NCBI RefSeq assembly: GCF_000738915.1
Contig: NW_026515634.1
Span: forward strand, 661,156 to 725,155
DNA: 64,000 bases
Source: Nematocida ausubeli
Taxonomy: Eukaryota
Reading direction: 5' to 3'
Part shown: piece after piece, positions 9,731 through 19,426 of the stretch
Layout of the letters: each line of letters opens with the position of its first letter
Position numbering within the stretch: position 1 is the stretch's first letter
Position numbers and translations under genes: made by a program
The notes under the pieces: generated by a model
Seen by the model: the letters and a program-made list of their open reading frames with translations, nothing else
Databases searched by the model: none
Told to the model about the DNA's origin: nothing

Positions 9731-12619
9731 ATGTGGATGTCTATTTATTCAGCTGTGCTTATGGTGCTATCTATGGGTGTGGCATTAGTCATAGGAATAT
9801 TCACTAGAAGGTTCTTTAAGAAGCCACAAGAACCAGATACAAAAATATCTGAAACAGTTTCCGATAAGATCAAACCAGCAGAAGGCTTGTTTAATTCCTT
9901 ACTAAGTGAAAGTGAAGTTGTAACAAGCAGGGTCTGCACGACTGAAGACCTGGAAATTACAACAGGAGAGATAATGTACTACTTAGTCCATGGCTCTGTC
10001 GAAGTATTATACGATAATTCCATGATTCTGGAAAAAACTGAAGACTATTTCATATATAACCTGAATTGGCTAATAAATACAAAACAAAAACCCAGGATAA
10101 CGTATAAAATATCAAAAAACAGTCAGTTATATCAGATTGATAAGACAAATCCAACTGTAAAATACTTCCTTCTGAATAGGTTCTTCAGGGGCACCTTATA
10201 CACAGTTGTAAATTACTTGGAGGAAGGTTTCTACTTGGATATAACCAGAATTACAACAGGAAAGCAAACTCACCAGGAAATCCTACAAGAAGTAAAGAGT
10301 AAGATGGAGATTATTAAGAAAGTAGAGGCATCACAGGAAATATCCCTTACAGAGACATACGAAATACCACCAAACACACTTATTTACATTTTGGAAGGCT
10401 CTGGGCGCATAGAATACACAGAGTCTGTAAGCCAAACATACCAAAAGGGTGACTTAATTGGTTCTTTAGAAAGGATACTCCCTATAAAGTGCAGCAGAAT
10501 AATCCATCCTAACGAGAAAACCCTGGGAATCAAAATCAAATTACAACCGCTCTTAGATGTGCCAATAAGTGACTTGGAGATGGTGGCAGATGAAATATTC
10601 AACAGAAGTAATTCTATGGAGCACCTGGAAATAACGGATGCCATGATAAATTGGCGAATAATCCAAGCAGGTGAAAGACTCTCTAGTGATATTCCTACGA
10701 AATCAATTAAATGCATAACAAACGGATATTTCCTAAAGAATAGTGATGTAAAGTACTTTGGGATTGCGAGTAAGAATGTTCTCTTTGAAAAGGAAGTGCT
10801 TTTAGGGCAGTCTTCTTCGTTTGAATTAACTGCTGCCAGACTCTCTGAAGTAATAGAAATCCCAAAGGAATATATAACCAGAATCACATCGAGTTATCCT
10901 GCACTGTCAAATGCCATCTACAGAAGGATATTGGAGAGAACAGGAGTAGAGACAGAATTAAAACAGCCATCAATTATAACCTTCATACCAAACGATAAAA
11001 AAGAGACACAATTAGAGATATTCACGTACTTCTTAGGGAGTGAGATGGAGAGAAGTGATTCCTGCATAATTCTGTCATCCTCAGAGTTAAATATGAAGCT
11101 GAAATCAATTCAAACAGTAAAACACACAATTCCACTTCTAAATTACATAAGTGACCTACAAAGAGAGTATTCCTACATATTAATACCCATTGTGGATGCA
11201 GTGCACAGTAAAAAGGTGAAAATCCCAGAAGAAAAGACTGAAGACTTAAAAAGAACAAAAAATAACGAAGATAAAAATTCAGAGGAAATTGAAGGGAAAG
11301 ATAGAAATCCTGTTGTAAACCAGACTAAAAAACAAAAAAACTCAAATTCAAAAGTAGAAGAAAATTCAAAAAAAACTGAAGAAGAAGACCAAGTACTGCA
11401 AGATATAACACCAATTGTACTTTCTGAAATCATATTTTATGTTGTCACAAATGGAGACCACAGGAGTATAGACATAAAAAAGGACATATTCTGCAAGATA
11501 GACACTTTAATACTCCATAGAGACAACCAAATGAAAGTAGCAGGTGGCAGGTACTATGGACAAAGGCATAATGTAGAATTTCCTCTTATAGATGTCCCTG
11601 TGTCCATTATAAAAACAAGAGAATCAATTAACTACACAAATAAAAACTGTAAATTCAACGCACTAGAAGACACATGGATCCCGTACTTCCCACTGAATGA
11701 CATGCACAGGTTCATAAGAACCTTAAAGGGAACAAATGTAGGACTTGTCTTAGGGGGAGGTGGTGCCAGGGGAATAGCCCACATTGGAATAATTGAAGCC
11801 CTGGAAGAAGCAAATATCCCAATTGATGCCGTAGGGGGTACGTCAATGGGTGCATTCGTAGGGGCATTGTATGCGCAAAGGGCAAATAACAAAGAAGTAT
11901 TTATACAAGCAAAAAGACTGACAAATCTACTGGGGAGTGTATGGAGGGTGATCGTAGACCTAACGTACCCTATATGCTCAATGTTCACAGGAAAGAGCTT
12001 TAATTGGGCACTCCGGTTGATCTTCAAGAATAGAAGGATTGAAGATCTATGGCTACCGTATTACTGCATAACAACGGACATAGCAGACTTTGAAGAGAAG
12101 AAGCACACGGATGGAATACTTTGGAGATATGTCCGGGCAAGTATGAGTCTATCTGGGTATCTGCCACCTTTATGCGATAATGGATCATTTTTATTAGATG
12201 GCGGTTATATGAATAATGTGCCTGCTGATGCAATGCGATCAATGGGAATTCGGAATATAATTGCAGTGGATGTAGGGAGTGAAGTGGAAACTACATTTGC
12301 AGACTATGGGGACAGCATAAATGGGTTTTATATACTGATGCAGAAGATATTCAGTACGAAGAAATTCCTGTCTCTTACGGAGATACAGTACAGACTGGCG
12401 TATCTAACGAGTATGCATAAAGAGAGATCACTTAAGTCTGATGTAACAATTAAATATATACGGCCTGATATGGCAGGATATAAGACAATGAACTTTAGAC
12501 AGTTTGATGAAATTGTTGCACACGGGTACCAGCATGGAAAGAAAGTCATTGCAGAGTGGAAAAATACTGGGGAATATTTAGAGCTAACCACCATGACACG
12601 GGCACCCAGAAGGATATAG
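9731..12619 (+). CDS. NTE1: Neuropathy target esterase / lysophospholipase Nte1 (PNPLA6/7-like patatin)
   Basis: N-terminal TM, degenerate cNMP-binding-like segments, and a patatin domain with GGGGARG, GTSMG and DGG plus WRYVRASMSL.GYLPPLCD. Confidence 0.93.
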   Translation: MWMSIYSAVLMVLSMGVALVIGIFTRRFFKKPQEPDTKISETVSDKIKPAEGLFNSLLSESEVVTSRVCTTEDLEITTGEIMYYLVHGSVEVLYDNSMILEKTEDYFIYNLNWLINTKQKPRITYKISKNSQLYQIDKTNPTVKYFLLNRFFRGTLYTVVNYLEEGFYLDITRITTGKQTHQEILQEVKSKMEIIKKVEASQEISLTETYEIPPNTLIYILEGSGRIEYTESVSQTYQKGDLIGSLERILPIKCSRIIHPNEKTLGIKIKLQPLLDVPISDLEMVADEIFNRSNSMEHLEITDAMINWRIIQAGERLSSDIPTKSIKCITNGYFLKNSDVKYFGIASKNVLFEKEVLLGQSSSFELTAARLSEVIEIPKEYITRITSSYPALSNAIYRRILERTGVETELKQPSIITFIPNDKKETQLEIFTYFLGSEMERSDSCIILSSSELNMKLKSIQTVKHTIPLLNYISDLQREYSYILIPIVDAVHSKKVKIPEEKTEDLKRTKNNEDKNSEEIEGKDRNPVVNQTKKQKNSNSKVEENSKKTEEEDQVLQDITPIVLSEIIFYVVTNGDHRSIDIKKDIFCKIDTLILHRDNQMKVAGGRYYGQRHNVEFPLIDVPVSIIKTRESINYTNKNCKFNALEDTWIPYFPLNDMHRFIRTLKGTNVGLVLGGGGARGIAHIGIIEALEEANIPIDAVGGTSMGAFVGALYAQRANNKEVFIQAKRLTNLLGSVWRVIVDLTYPICSMFTGKSFNWALRLIFKNRRIEDLWLPYYCITTDIADFEEKKHTDGILWRYVRASMSLSGYLPPLCDNGSFLLDGGYMNNVPADAMRSMGIRNIIAVDVGSEVETTFADYGDSINGFYILMQKIFSTKKFLSLTEIQYRLAYLTSMHKERSLKSDVTIKYIRPDMAGYKTMNFRQFDEIVAHGYQHGKKVIAEWKNTGEYLELTTMTRAPRRI

Positions 12620-12748
12620 TGGTTGAGTTATATCTAGTTATGAAGGGATATACTGTAAAAAGTGATTTAAATGATTTTTCAGTTGAAAACACAGAAGTCT
12701 TAAGGCAGTCCTAGCAGGAATAATGCGAGGATAACGTGGGGGTTATTG

Positions 12749-12800
12749 TTGTTGGAGGGCATTGTTGGAGGGCATTGTTGGAGGGCATTGTTGGAGGGCA
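12749..12800. repeat. Perfect 13-bp minisatellite (TTGTTGGAGGGCA)x4
   Basis: Four exact tandem copies read directly. Confidence 0.95.
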
Positions 12801-13260
12801 TTTAAATAAACAGATTTTATTGATTTTATCTTCATCTGGTTATATTTTAGCTGTCTCTAGGTGTACTTTGAGTGTATTTAAGATAGATTTGGTTATTTCT
12901 GAATATATTTTATCTAGTTTTAACTGTCTCTAGTTATATTTTAGCTATTTTAAGTTATATTTTGGTTATTTCTATATACTTTGGTCATTTCTCTTTATAG
13001 TGCTTATTTTTACTATACTTTATCTTTAAGTTTTAAACACGTATCTTTTCTAATATGATAATTTATCAATGAACGGGTTTGTAATCATAAAAAACAGAAA
13101 AATAAATTACACCAAGATATGCTTAAATAGATATAATAGACAGATTCTGGCTTAATCCAATGGGAATGGACTTTCTACAGATGCATATCCACAAGTTCAC
13201 ATAAATTTCATTTATGCCTTGTTGTATTTAGCATTTTCTTTGTTTGTTTTCTATTCGCGT

Positions 13261-15174
13261 ATGATGCACACTGAAGATACATATGCACTTATCCCAATGG
13301 AAATCAGAAGACTATTGAAGGACTTCCTGGATAATTACACACCAAGCAGACTGTCACCTGCAAGCACTCATTCCCCAAAGAATTCAAATAATTTGGCTTC
13401 TTTCCTGCTCCCAATGGCCTTCAACAAAACAATCCCCATGCATGCCAGGATGGTCATCCTGCAGTCATACAGGTACACAATGAATATGCCATCTGTGCCA
13501 CAAGAATTTGTCTCAAATGTAATAGAGTCAATTAGATCAGAGACATGCCCAAACTGGATAAATGAAGTACTCACCATATGCCTTGCATTCTGTGTTGAAA
13601 CCCCACAGTCTCAGAGTAAATTTCAATGCAAGAAATTCTTCAAATCCATACAAGCCGCATATCCACTTGCACAGTACAAGGCAGGCATGCTGCTTGTCAA
13701 TATTATCAACCAGGAACTATCTGAATACTTTGATAGAGACTTTTTCACAAGAGACCTTCTAGAGTCAAGTTTCGGAATAATTAAGAATAATTTAGCTGTA
13801 CTAATGGCATACGCTGCAGGCTACAAGAGAATCAAAGAATCAAAAGAGAGTGAATTATCCAAACAAAAAGATGCAGGGTTATTTACAGCTGCAGAGTCAG
13901 AGATTGACTTCATTTTCATGTGGCTTGCAAGATCAGATAAATCTGCACTTGTCTTCCCTGCACTCATTTTCCTGACTGAATCCGCAACTGAAGCGATGCA
14001 ATCAATGGAAAGAAAATTAACCTTCTCAATGATCATCCGGAAGGAAATGAATTTAATTGCAGCAGACCCAGAGAACTCAGTTATTTACCTTAGGCTGAAC
14101 CACTTTCTAGAGAAAATGCTTAGTCTCTCAAATAAGTGCAAACACATAACTGCAGAACTAGAATACATAGATGTACTTATGCACAGGATAGAGACAGAAT
14201 TAAGCCAAGAAATATTCTCAGCAGAGACATATTCTTCTCTTGCAGTTTTAAAAGTACTTGCAAGAACGCAAATAATAACCGTAAATTATCTCTCATCAAA
14301 CAGAATGGAGAATTTACTTGAGAAGATCATAGTACTCGCGTATACACAATACATTGAGAACCCGTACGAAGAATTATCCCTTTGCATTAATGAATTATTT
14401 TTGTATCTAGGGAACTTAGTGGTTTACAACCAAAATTGGAAGGAAGCAGCAATAACCCGAATTATGCCCCATATAAGAAAGTACTTCTACGTTATAGAGT
14501 GCAAAGAGAGTCTATTAAAGTTCCTGCAAGATATTCTATTTGAGTGCACACCCAGTGTATCACGTGCATTATTCCCATCTATTCAGATTGATGAGATAAG
14601 AGGGAAAGCAGTCACCTTAAAGCACAAGATACTTTTCATGTCGATCCTTAAGAATCTCCTTGCGAATGCGCATAACTCAGAGAAAGTTGAAATTTTAGTG
14701 GAAAGTGCCTTGGTAGAAGTGGCTATAATAATAGACACTACAATTAAGCCAATAATCACAGCAAGTGATGAGCAAAAAGTACTTTTATCCAAGTTATGCC
14801 AGGAAATTCTTCTGATAATCGCGAATATAGTGATTATATCACCACTCCATGGAGTGAAACATGAAATAATCAAAACTGCAATTTATGTATTCAAGCAAGC
14901 AGGGACACACGATGCATTCCTGGCCTTCCTGGCGTACTTAACAAATACAGCATATATACCAAACTTACCACAAAACTCCCCAAATCACATGAAAATATCC
15001 CAGATGGAAATCACAAAGAAGTCAGCCACAGAGTGGAGTGGATTTACAAATATCCCATTAGAAACAATAAATACTATAATGGGGATCCTTAAAGAATGGA
15101 TAGGAAAGGACACAGTAATTGACTTTAAAATAAAGAGTTTCCTAGGGAAAATAAGAAGCACAAAGAATAAATAA
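13261..15174 (+). CDS. Armadillo-repeat protein, possibly ARMC8/Vid28(Gid5)-like
   Basis: Helical-repeat pattern. Segments LKVLAR, YLGNLVV, SILKNLL and CQEILLIIANI recall the ARMC8 C-terminal repeats (by eye). Confidence 0.5.
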   Translation: MMHTEDTYALIPMEIRRLLKDFLDNYTPSRLSPASTHSPKNSNNLASFLLPMAFNKTIPMHARMVILQSYRYTMNMPSVPQEFVSNVIESIRSETCPNWINEVLTICLAFCVETPQSQSKFQCKKFFKSIQAAYPLAQYKAGMLLVNIINQELSEYFDRDFFTRDLLESSFGIIKNNLAVLMAYAAGYKRIKESKESELSKQKDAGLFTAAESEIDFIFMWLARSDKSALVFPALIFLTESATEAMQSMERKLTFSMIIRKEMNLIAADPENSVIYLRLNHFLEKMLSLSNKCKHITAELEYIDVLMHRIETELSQEIFSAETYSSLAVLKVLARTQIITVNYLSSNRMENLLEKIIVLAYTQYIENPYEELSLCINELFLYLGNLVVYNQNWKEAAITRIMPHIRKYFYVIECKESLLKFLQDILFECTPSVSRALFPSIQIDEIRGKAVTLKHKILFMSILKNLLANAHNSEKVEILVESALVEVAIIIDTTIKPIITASDEQKVLLSKLCQEILLIIANIVIISPLHGVKHEIIKTAIYVFKQAGTHDAFLAFLAYLTNTAYIPNLPQNSPNHMKISQMEITKKSATEWSGFTNIPLETINTIMGILKEWIGKDTVIDFKIKSFLGKIRSTKNK

Positions 15175-15224
15175 CTGTAATAATATTACATTGTACTCAG
15201 TGACTAATGGAATATATATTAGAA

Positions 15225-15560
15225 AGTAGTTATCTAGTGTATATTTAGTCTAATTATATACAGCCATAGCATAATCTTGTATATTTTAGTATATATTTAG
15301 TCTATTCCATATTCTAGTATATATTTGGTCTAACTTTATGCAGCCATGAACTAGCTAATAAACATAAATAATTAGTCTACTCCATATACAACCATGAGCT
15401 AGTTACTTCTCTAGTATGCATAATTAGTCTACTCCATATACAGTTGTAATCTAGTTACTTCTCTAGTATATAATTAGTCTACTTCATATACAGCCTAGCA
15501 TATATTTAATCTATTCCTCTACTTCTCTAGTGTGTATACAACTAATAAATATAATTTAAG
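15225..15560. repeat. Degenerate tandem repeat (TTAGTCTACTCCATATACAG / TACTTCTCTAGT units)
   Basis: Five to six recurring units of roughly 50 bp between convergent genes. Confidence 0.7.
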
Positions 15561-15584
15561 TATGTGTTTATTATCTTCCCTTCT

Positions 15585-17546
15585 TTATCTAACCAAATTC
15601 TCTTTGTATTCCAAGTGATCTGCGAATTCTTCTGTCTCGTACCCCAGTGCCTTTCGGTTTAATATTCTGGGGGTCTGTGAGACTGGTCTTCTTTTTTCTT
15701 CTGTCCCACGGATTGGCTCACTGACTATGCACCTGGTGGTGTATGGCTTATACATAAGCATGAGTGTGTCTATGGAGTAGATCTCATCAATGTATGAATT
15801 TACGTGTGCCCCTATCTTTGAGATAAGTGCGCATGCATGGGAGCATGGGTAGTTCATTTCCTGGAATTTCATGCAAGAACACACTCTTAGTCTCAGATCC
15901 ACATAGAACTTAAGGTTCCCTGAGTAGACTATCCCTTGCTTGTACTCTTCTTCATCTGTGAGTTTCCTGGGGTCAATCCAGGAAGTTCTGCAGAGTTCAC
16001 CTGGAGTTCTTCCTATGTCTGTCTCGTACCCATGCGACTTAAGCAGGTTTATGTCTATGGCTCTGTTTACATTTTCACCATATCTTGCTCTGTCCGTTAT
16101 TTTTTTGGTACTTAACTCTGCATGTGCAACAATTTCCTTCTTCTTCAGGGCATTGTCTGTGATTATTTTAATAATCATGCAGAGGGCATCCACAGGCGAG
16201 AGTGTCAGCATACTGCAGACCCCATCAATTTCAACAGGAATTGTATTATTTTTGTTGTAGAGTGGGAAGTCGCACAGATATTTTGCCCAAAGGTGAGTTG
16301 GCAATGAGGTCAGCAAGGAAAGCAAAGAGGGCACATTCAAGGCCTTTACCTTCTTGTAGTATAACTGGAATGTGGCCAGATCTGGACTATTGCAGAGTGA
16401 CCAGACTAAGCCAATTGCAGAAGAAGACGGGTGGGTTGAAAATATTTCCTTGCAAATTGATCTGCTCCTTATGAAGAGTTTAACACGATTTGTCAAGTTC
16501 TCTTCGCATTCAATTTCTCCCATGCGGATGGACTCTCTGATGTCAAAGTGTCCACTCCATGGGGCATTAGAATTATTTTGACTGATGCTTCCTGCGTTTG
16601 CTTCATTCTTCTCTTGGATCATTCTCTCTAGTTCTTCAATTGTTGAGTGGCATCCCTCCCAGTTAATCAGAAGCACTCCTGACTTTATGACCTTCAGGAG
16701 TTCTCTCACGAAAACAATCCATCCTTCCTTCTTTGGGCAATATTCTGGCACATAGCACATACTAATGACATACGGCGTATCAAATGCATCATATCCTGTT
16801 GCCAGATATGCATATCCTGCATGTTCTCTTAGCTCATTATATCTTTCATGGACAGTTAGTTCAACAATTTGTCTGCTGTACTTGTAGATGTGTATAGACA
16901 GATTATTGGCATAGAAGAGGGTGTCTAGCTTACTGCCTGATGTATCCAAGGGTCCAATTGATTTTATCACTTGTCTTATGTATCCTGTCTCATCGACTGG
17001 CTTATTTTCCCTCCACTTCTCAATTTGCTTCTTCATATTGAAGAGTGTTGCTGTGTCATCTGGGTTTATATACCGGTTCTCTTCAACTACGCACTCTAGG
17101 CACTCTTCCTGTGCTACTTCTTCATCTATTTCATCATTCATTACGTTCTTCTTTGCCTTCCATGCAGCATAGTACCCTATCTTTATCCCTCGTCTGGAGG
17201 ATATTTTGTTTATAATCTGCCCAATTCTTGTCTCTTCTACGTCCTGCATTTCTCTAATTTCATCTGCAATGTAGCGCCCGGATGACTGTATGTTTAGATT
17301 GCTTTGCTGTGGGCAGTTATGGATATTTTTTAGTTTCTTAATTACGAACATATTATCTTTTTTCCGGAGTGCTGCAGTTACTATAGCATCGCACCCGTGC
17401 GTCCTTCTCTCCTTGCACTGAATTGTATACTTCTTTGGCGTACTGTCTGTGGTCTCAAAGTTAAAGTTATTGTCGATGGCATACATCCTAATGGCATTCT
17501 GTGCTTCGTTCTTTGATTTGAATACGTCTCCGACTGCAAGCTGCAT
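15585..17546 (-). CDS. Mutator/MuDR (MULE) transposase-derived protein, probably domesticated
   Basis: N-terminal MuDR DNA-binding domain (GDVFKSK..A..AI..YAI...F...YTIQC...GC...HNC), MULE core (ATGYDAF..P, E.W..F), and C-terminal SWIM finger CSCMKFQEMNYPCSHA. Confidence 0.85.
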   Translation of the reverse strand: MQLAVGDVFKSKNEAQNAIRMYAIDNNFNFETTDSTPKKYTIQCKERRTHGCDAIVTAALRKKDNMFVIKKLKNIHNCPQQSNLNIQSSGRYIADEIREMQDVEETRIGQIINKISSRRGIKIGYYAAWKAKKNVMNDEIDEEVAQEECLECVVEENRYINPDDTATLFNMKKQIEKWRENKPVDETGYIRQVIKSIGPLDTSGSKLDTLFYANNLSIHIYKYSRQIVELTVHERYNELREHAGYAYLATGYDAFDTPYVISMCYVPEYCPKKEGWIVFVRELLKVIKSGVLLINWEGCHSTIEELERMIQEKNEANAGSISQNNSNAPWSGHFDIRESIRMGEIECEENLTNRVKLFIRSRSICKEIFSTHPSSSAIGLVWSLCNSPDLATFQLYYKKVKALNVPSLLSLLTSLPTHLWAKYLCDFPLYNKNNTIPVEIDGVCSMLTLSPVDALCMIIKIITDNALKKKEIVAHAELSTKKITDRARYGENVNRAIDINLLKSHGYETDIGRTPGELCRTSWIDPRKLTDEEEYKQGIVYSGNLKFYVDLRLRVCSCMKFQEMNYPCSHACALISKIGAHVNSYIDEIYSIDTLMLMYKPYTTRCIVSEPIRGTEEKRRPVSQTPRILNRKALGYETEEFADHLEYKENLVR

Positions 17547-17556
17547 TTAAAATTTT

Positions 17557-17739
17557 TTACGACTCTTCATTATTACATTCATTTTTTGTGTGATATATGC
17601 AGCATATCTTGGACTTTTTTCTGTTTAAGTGTTCGTTGTCTACTGTGTTCCTGGTAAAAGTGACTCTTCTTCTGGGTGGTCCCCCTCTTAGCCGCAAAGT
17701 CAAAGTGGATTCTGTTGTAGTTGACCCGTATACTAGCAT
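17557..17739 (-). CDS. YPI1: Protein phosphatase 1 inhibitor-3 / Ypi1 (PPP1R11)
   Basis: RVTF (RVxF) motif and [18 protein letters not shown] signature; 60 aa. Confidence 0.92.
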   Translation of the reverse strand: MLVYGSTTTESTLTLRLRGGPPRRRVTFTRNTVDNEHLNRKKSKICCIYHTKNECNNEES

Positions 17740-19426
17740 AAATTAAAATTAAAAATAGAATAAAATATGGAAGAATGCAGTGCATATGGAATATGCTGTT
17801 AGATTTGGGATGAGTTTAGAGTAGATTTGAGTGAGTTATCTGGGTAGGAGAATGTTTGTCTGAGTGTCATGTGAAAGATATTTAAGCATAATTTGTGTAG
17901 ATGATAAAATATCTTGGTTTATACGGTGTGGCATGAAGGAAGAAGTATATTTTAGATGGAGTGAAATAGTATAAATAGTATATGTTTAGTTATTAGAGTA
18001 TATTAAATATGTAAATATGTAAATACTCGCATGGAGTGGCTCTTTCTGGAAGATATTTCTGCTGATGGATGGAAATTTATGAAGAAATGTCTATTTATTC
18101 CTTCTGGTTATATTTGAGTCTGTGTACTAGCAGGAGTTTATGTCTTAATTCGGGTTTATATCACAGGAGTATGCAATACTCTTAGTGCTAATTTCAAATT
18201 ATTTCGGGTTATATGTGGCAGAAGAATATTCTATAAGAGAGAAGAAGTTGAAAATTCGGGTTATATACAGTCATATACGAATAAAGACCTTTGAATACTG
18301 TGTATTCCATTCTAAATTAACTTCTTTTTCTTGTGTTTTCGGATATATTATATAATCTGAATATTTGGGAGATTGCCTAGTAATGAATGTGCAAGCAGGA
18401 TAGACTAGTCTAGCACTCTATCCTGTCTTCTGGTTGTAGAATTCTGGTTATAGAAATTACTGTGCAGAATTTTCTCTAGACTTATTTTGGGTTATATGGT
18501 CTAGTAGAAAGCCATTTGAAAGAAATATTGAAGATAAAGGACTATGGACTATTTTAACAAGTAGAGTCATTTTGCATTGATGGAAAGAACTTCTTATATG
18601 AGAGTATATATTCCTCAAATGAAAAATAGTCAATAAATTCGGGTTATATGCCTATACTACAGTGTCTACTTAGTTGCTAGTTTAAATATTAAACAGAATT
18701 CATTGTGTGATCTACTAAGATTAAAGTTAATTAGAAGGTGTGTTTGTTTTCTTTATTATAGCATGGTAAGTAAATTTGTCTGAGTAGAATGTTTCCATTG
18801 TGCTTAATTACTGTGTTTATTTTAGAAATATATGTTTTTTTATACTTTTTCTTGTACTTTTTTTACGTGTGAAAAAACAAACCTTCCTATAAAAGATATA
18901 CATTCTGAATATTAAATAGAAAGGTTTAATTCTTATCAAAAAAAAGGAAAAGGAAAGGAAAATCAGAGAAATAACATATTTCAAAGACCCAATCATCGAT
19001 TGACCATATGCTAAGCAGTTTATCATGCTGAGCAAATAGGAGAAGACCAGCCTAATTCGAACAAAACACCATGCTCTAAGAGTGATTTTTAAAGGAAATT
19101 TGGGTTAAATAGTTCTATGTATTTCAAGGTTCCATGAGTGTAGAAATTTTACTGTGTATAATACTTGGTAAATTGTCTATAGAAGAGCTAGCATAAAAAT
19201 AACCCGAATATATTCAAGAAAATTATTTGTTGGTGGTGTGCTGTATGAAAACAAATTAACCAGTTAAATTAAAAACTGCTTTGATTAGTAGACAATTATG
19301 CTTGCAGATAGTCTATTGGTTAGCACAAAATGATCTATTTAGAATAGAAATAACGGATGCTTAAGAATAATGAAAAGCAAGAAATTCAAACAGGCAAGAA
19401 AGAAATCTTTTTTCAGTATACAAAAA

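Noticed and set aside
15200..18000. Active Mutator transposon
   Set aside because: No TIRs or TSD seen, catalytic residues substituted, and the ORF abuts YPI1.
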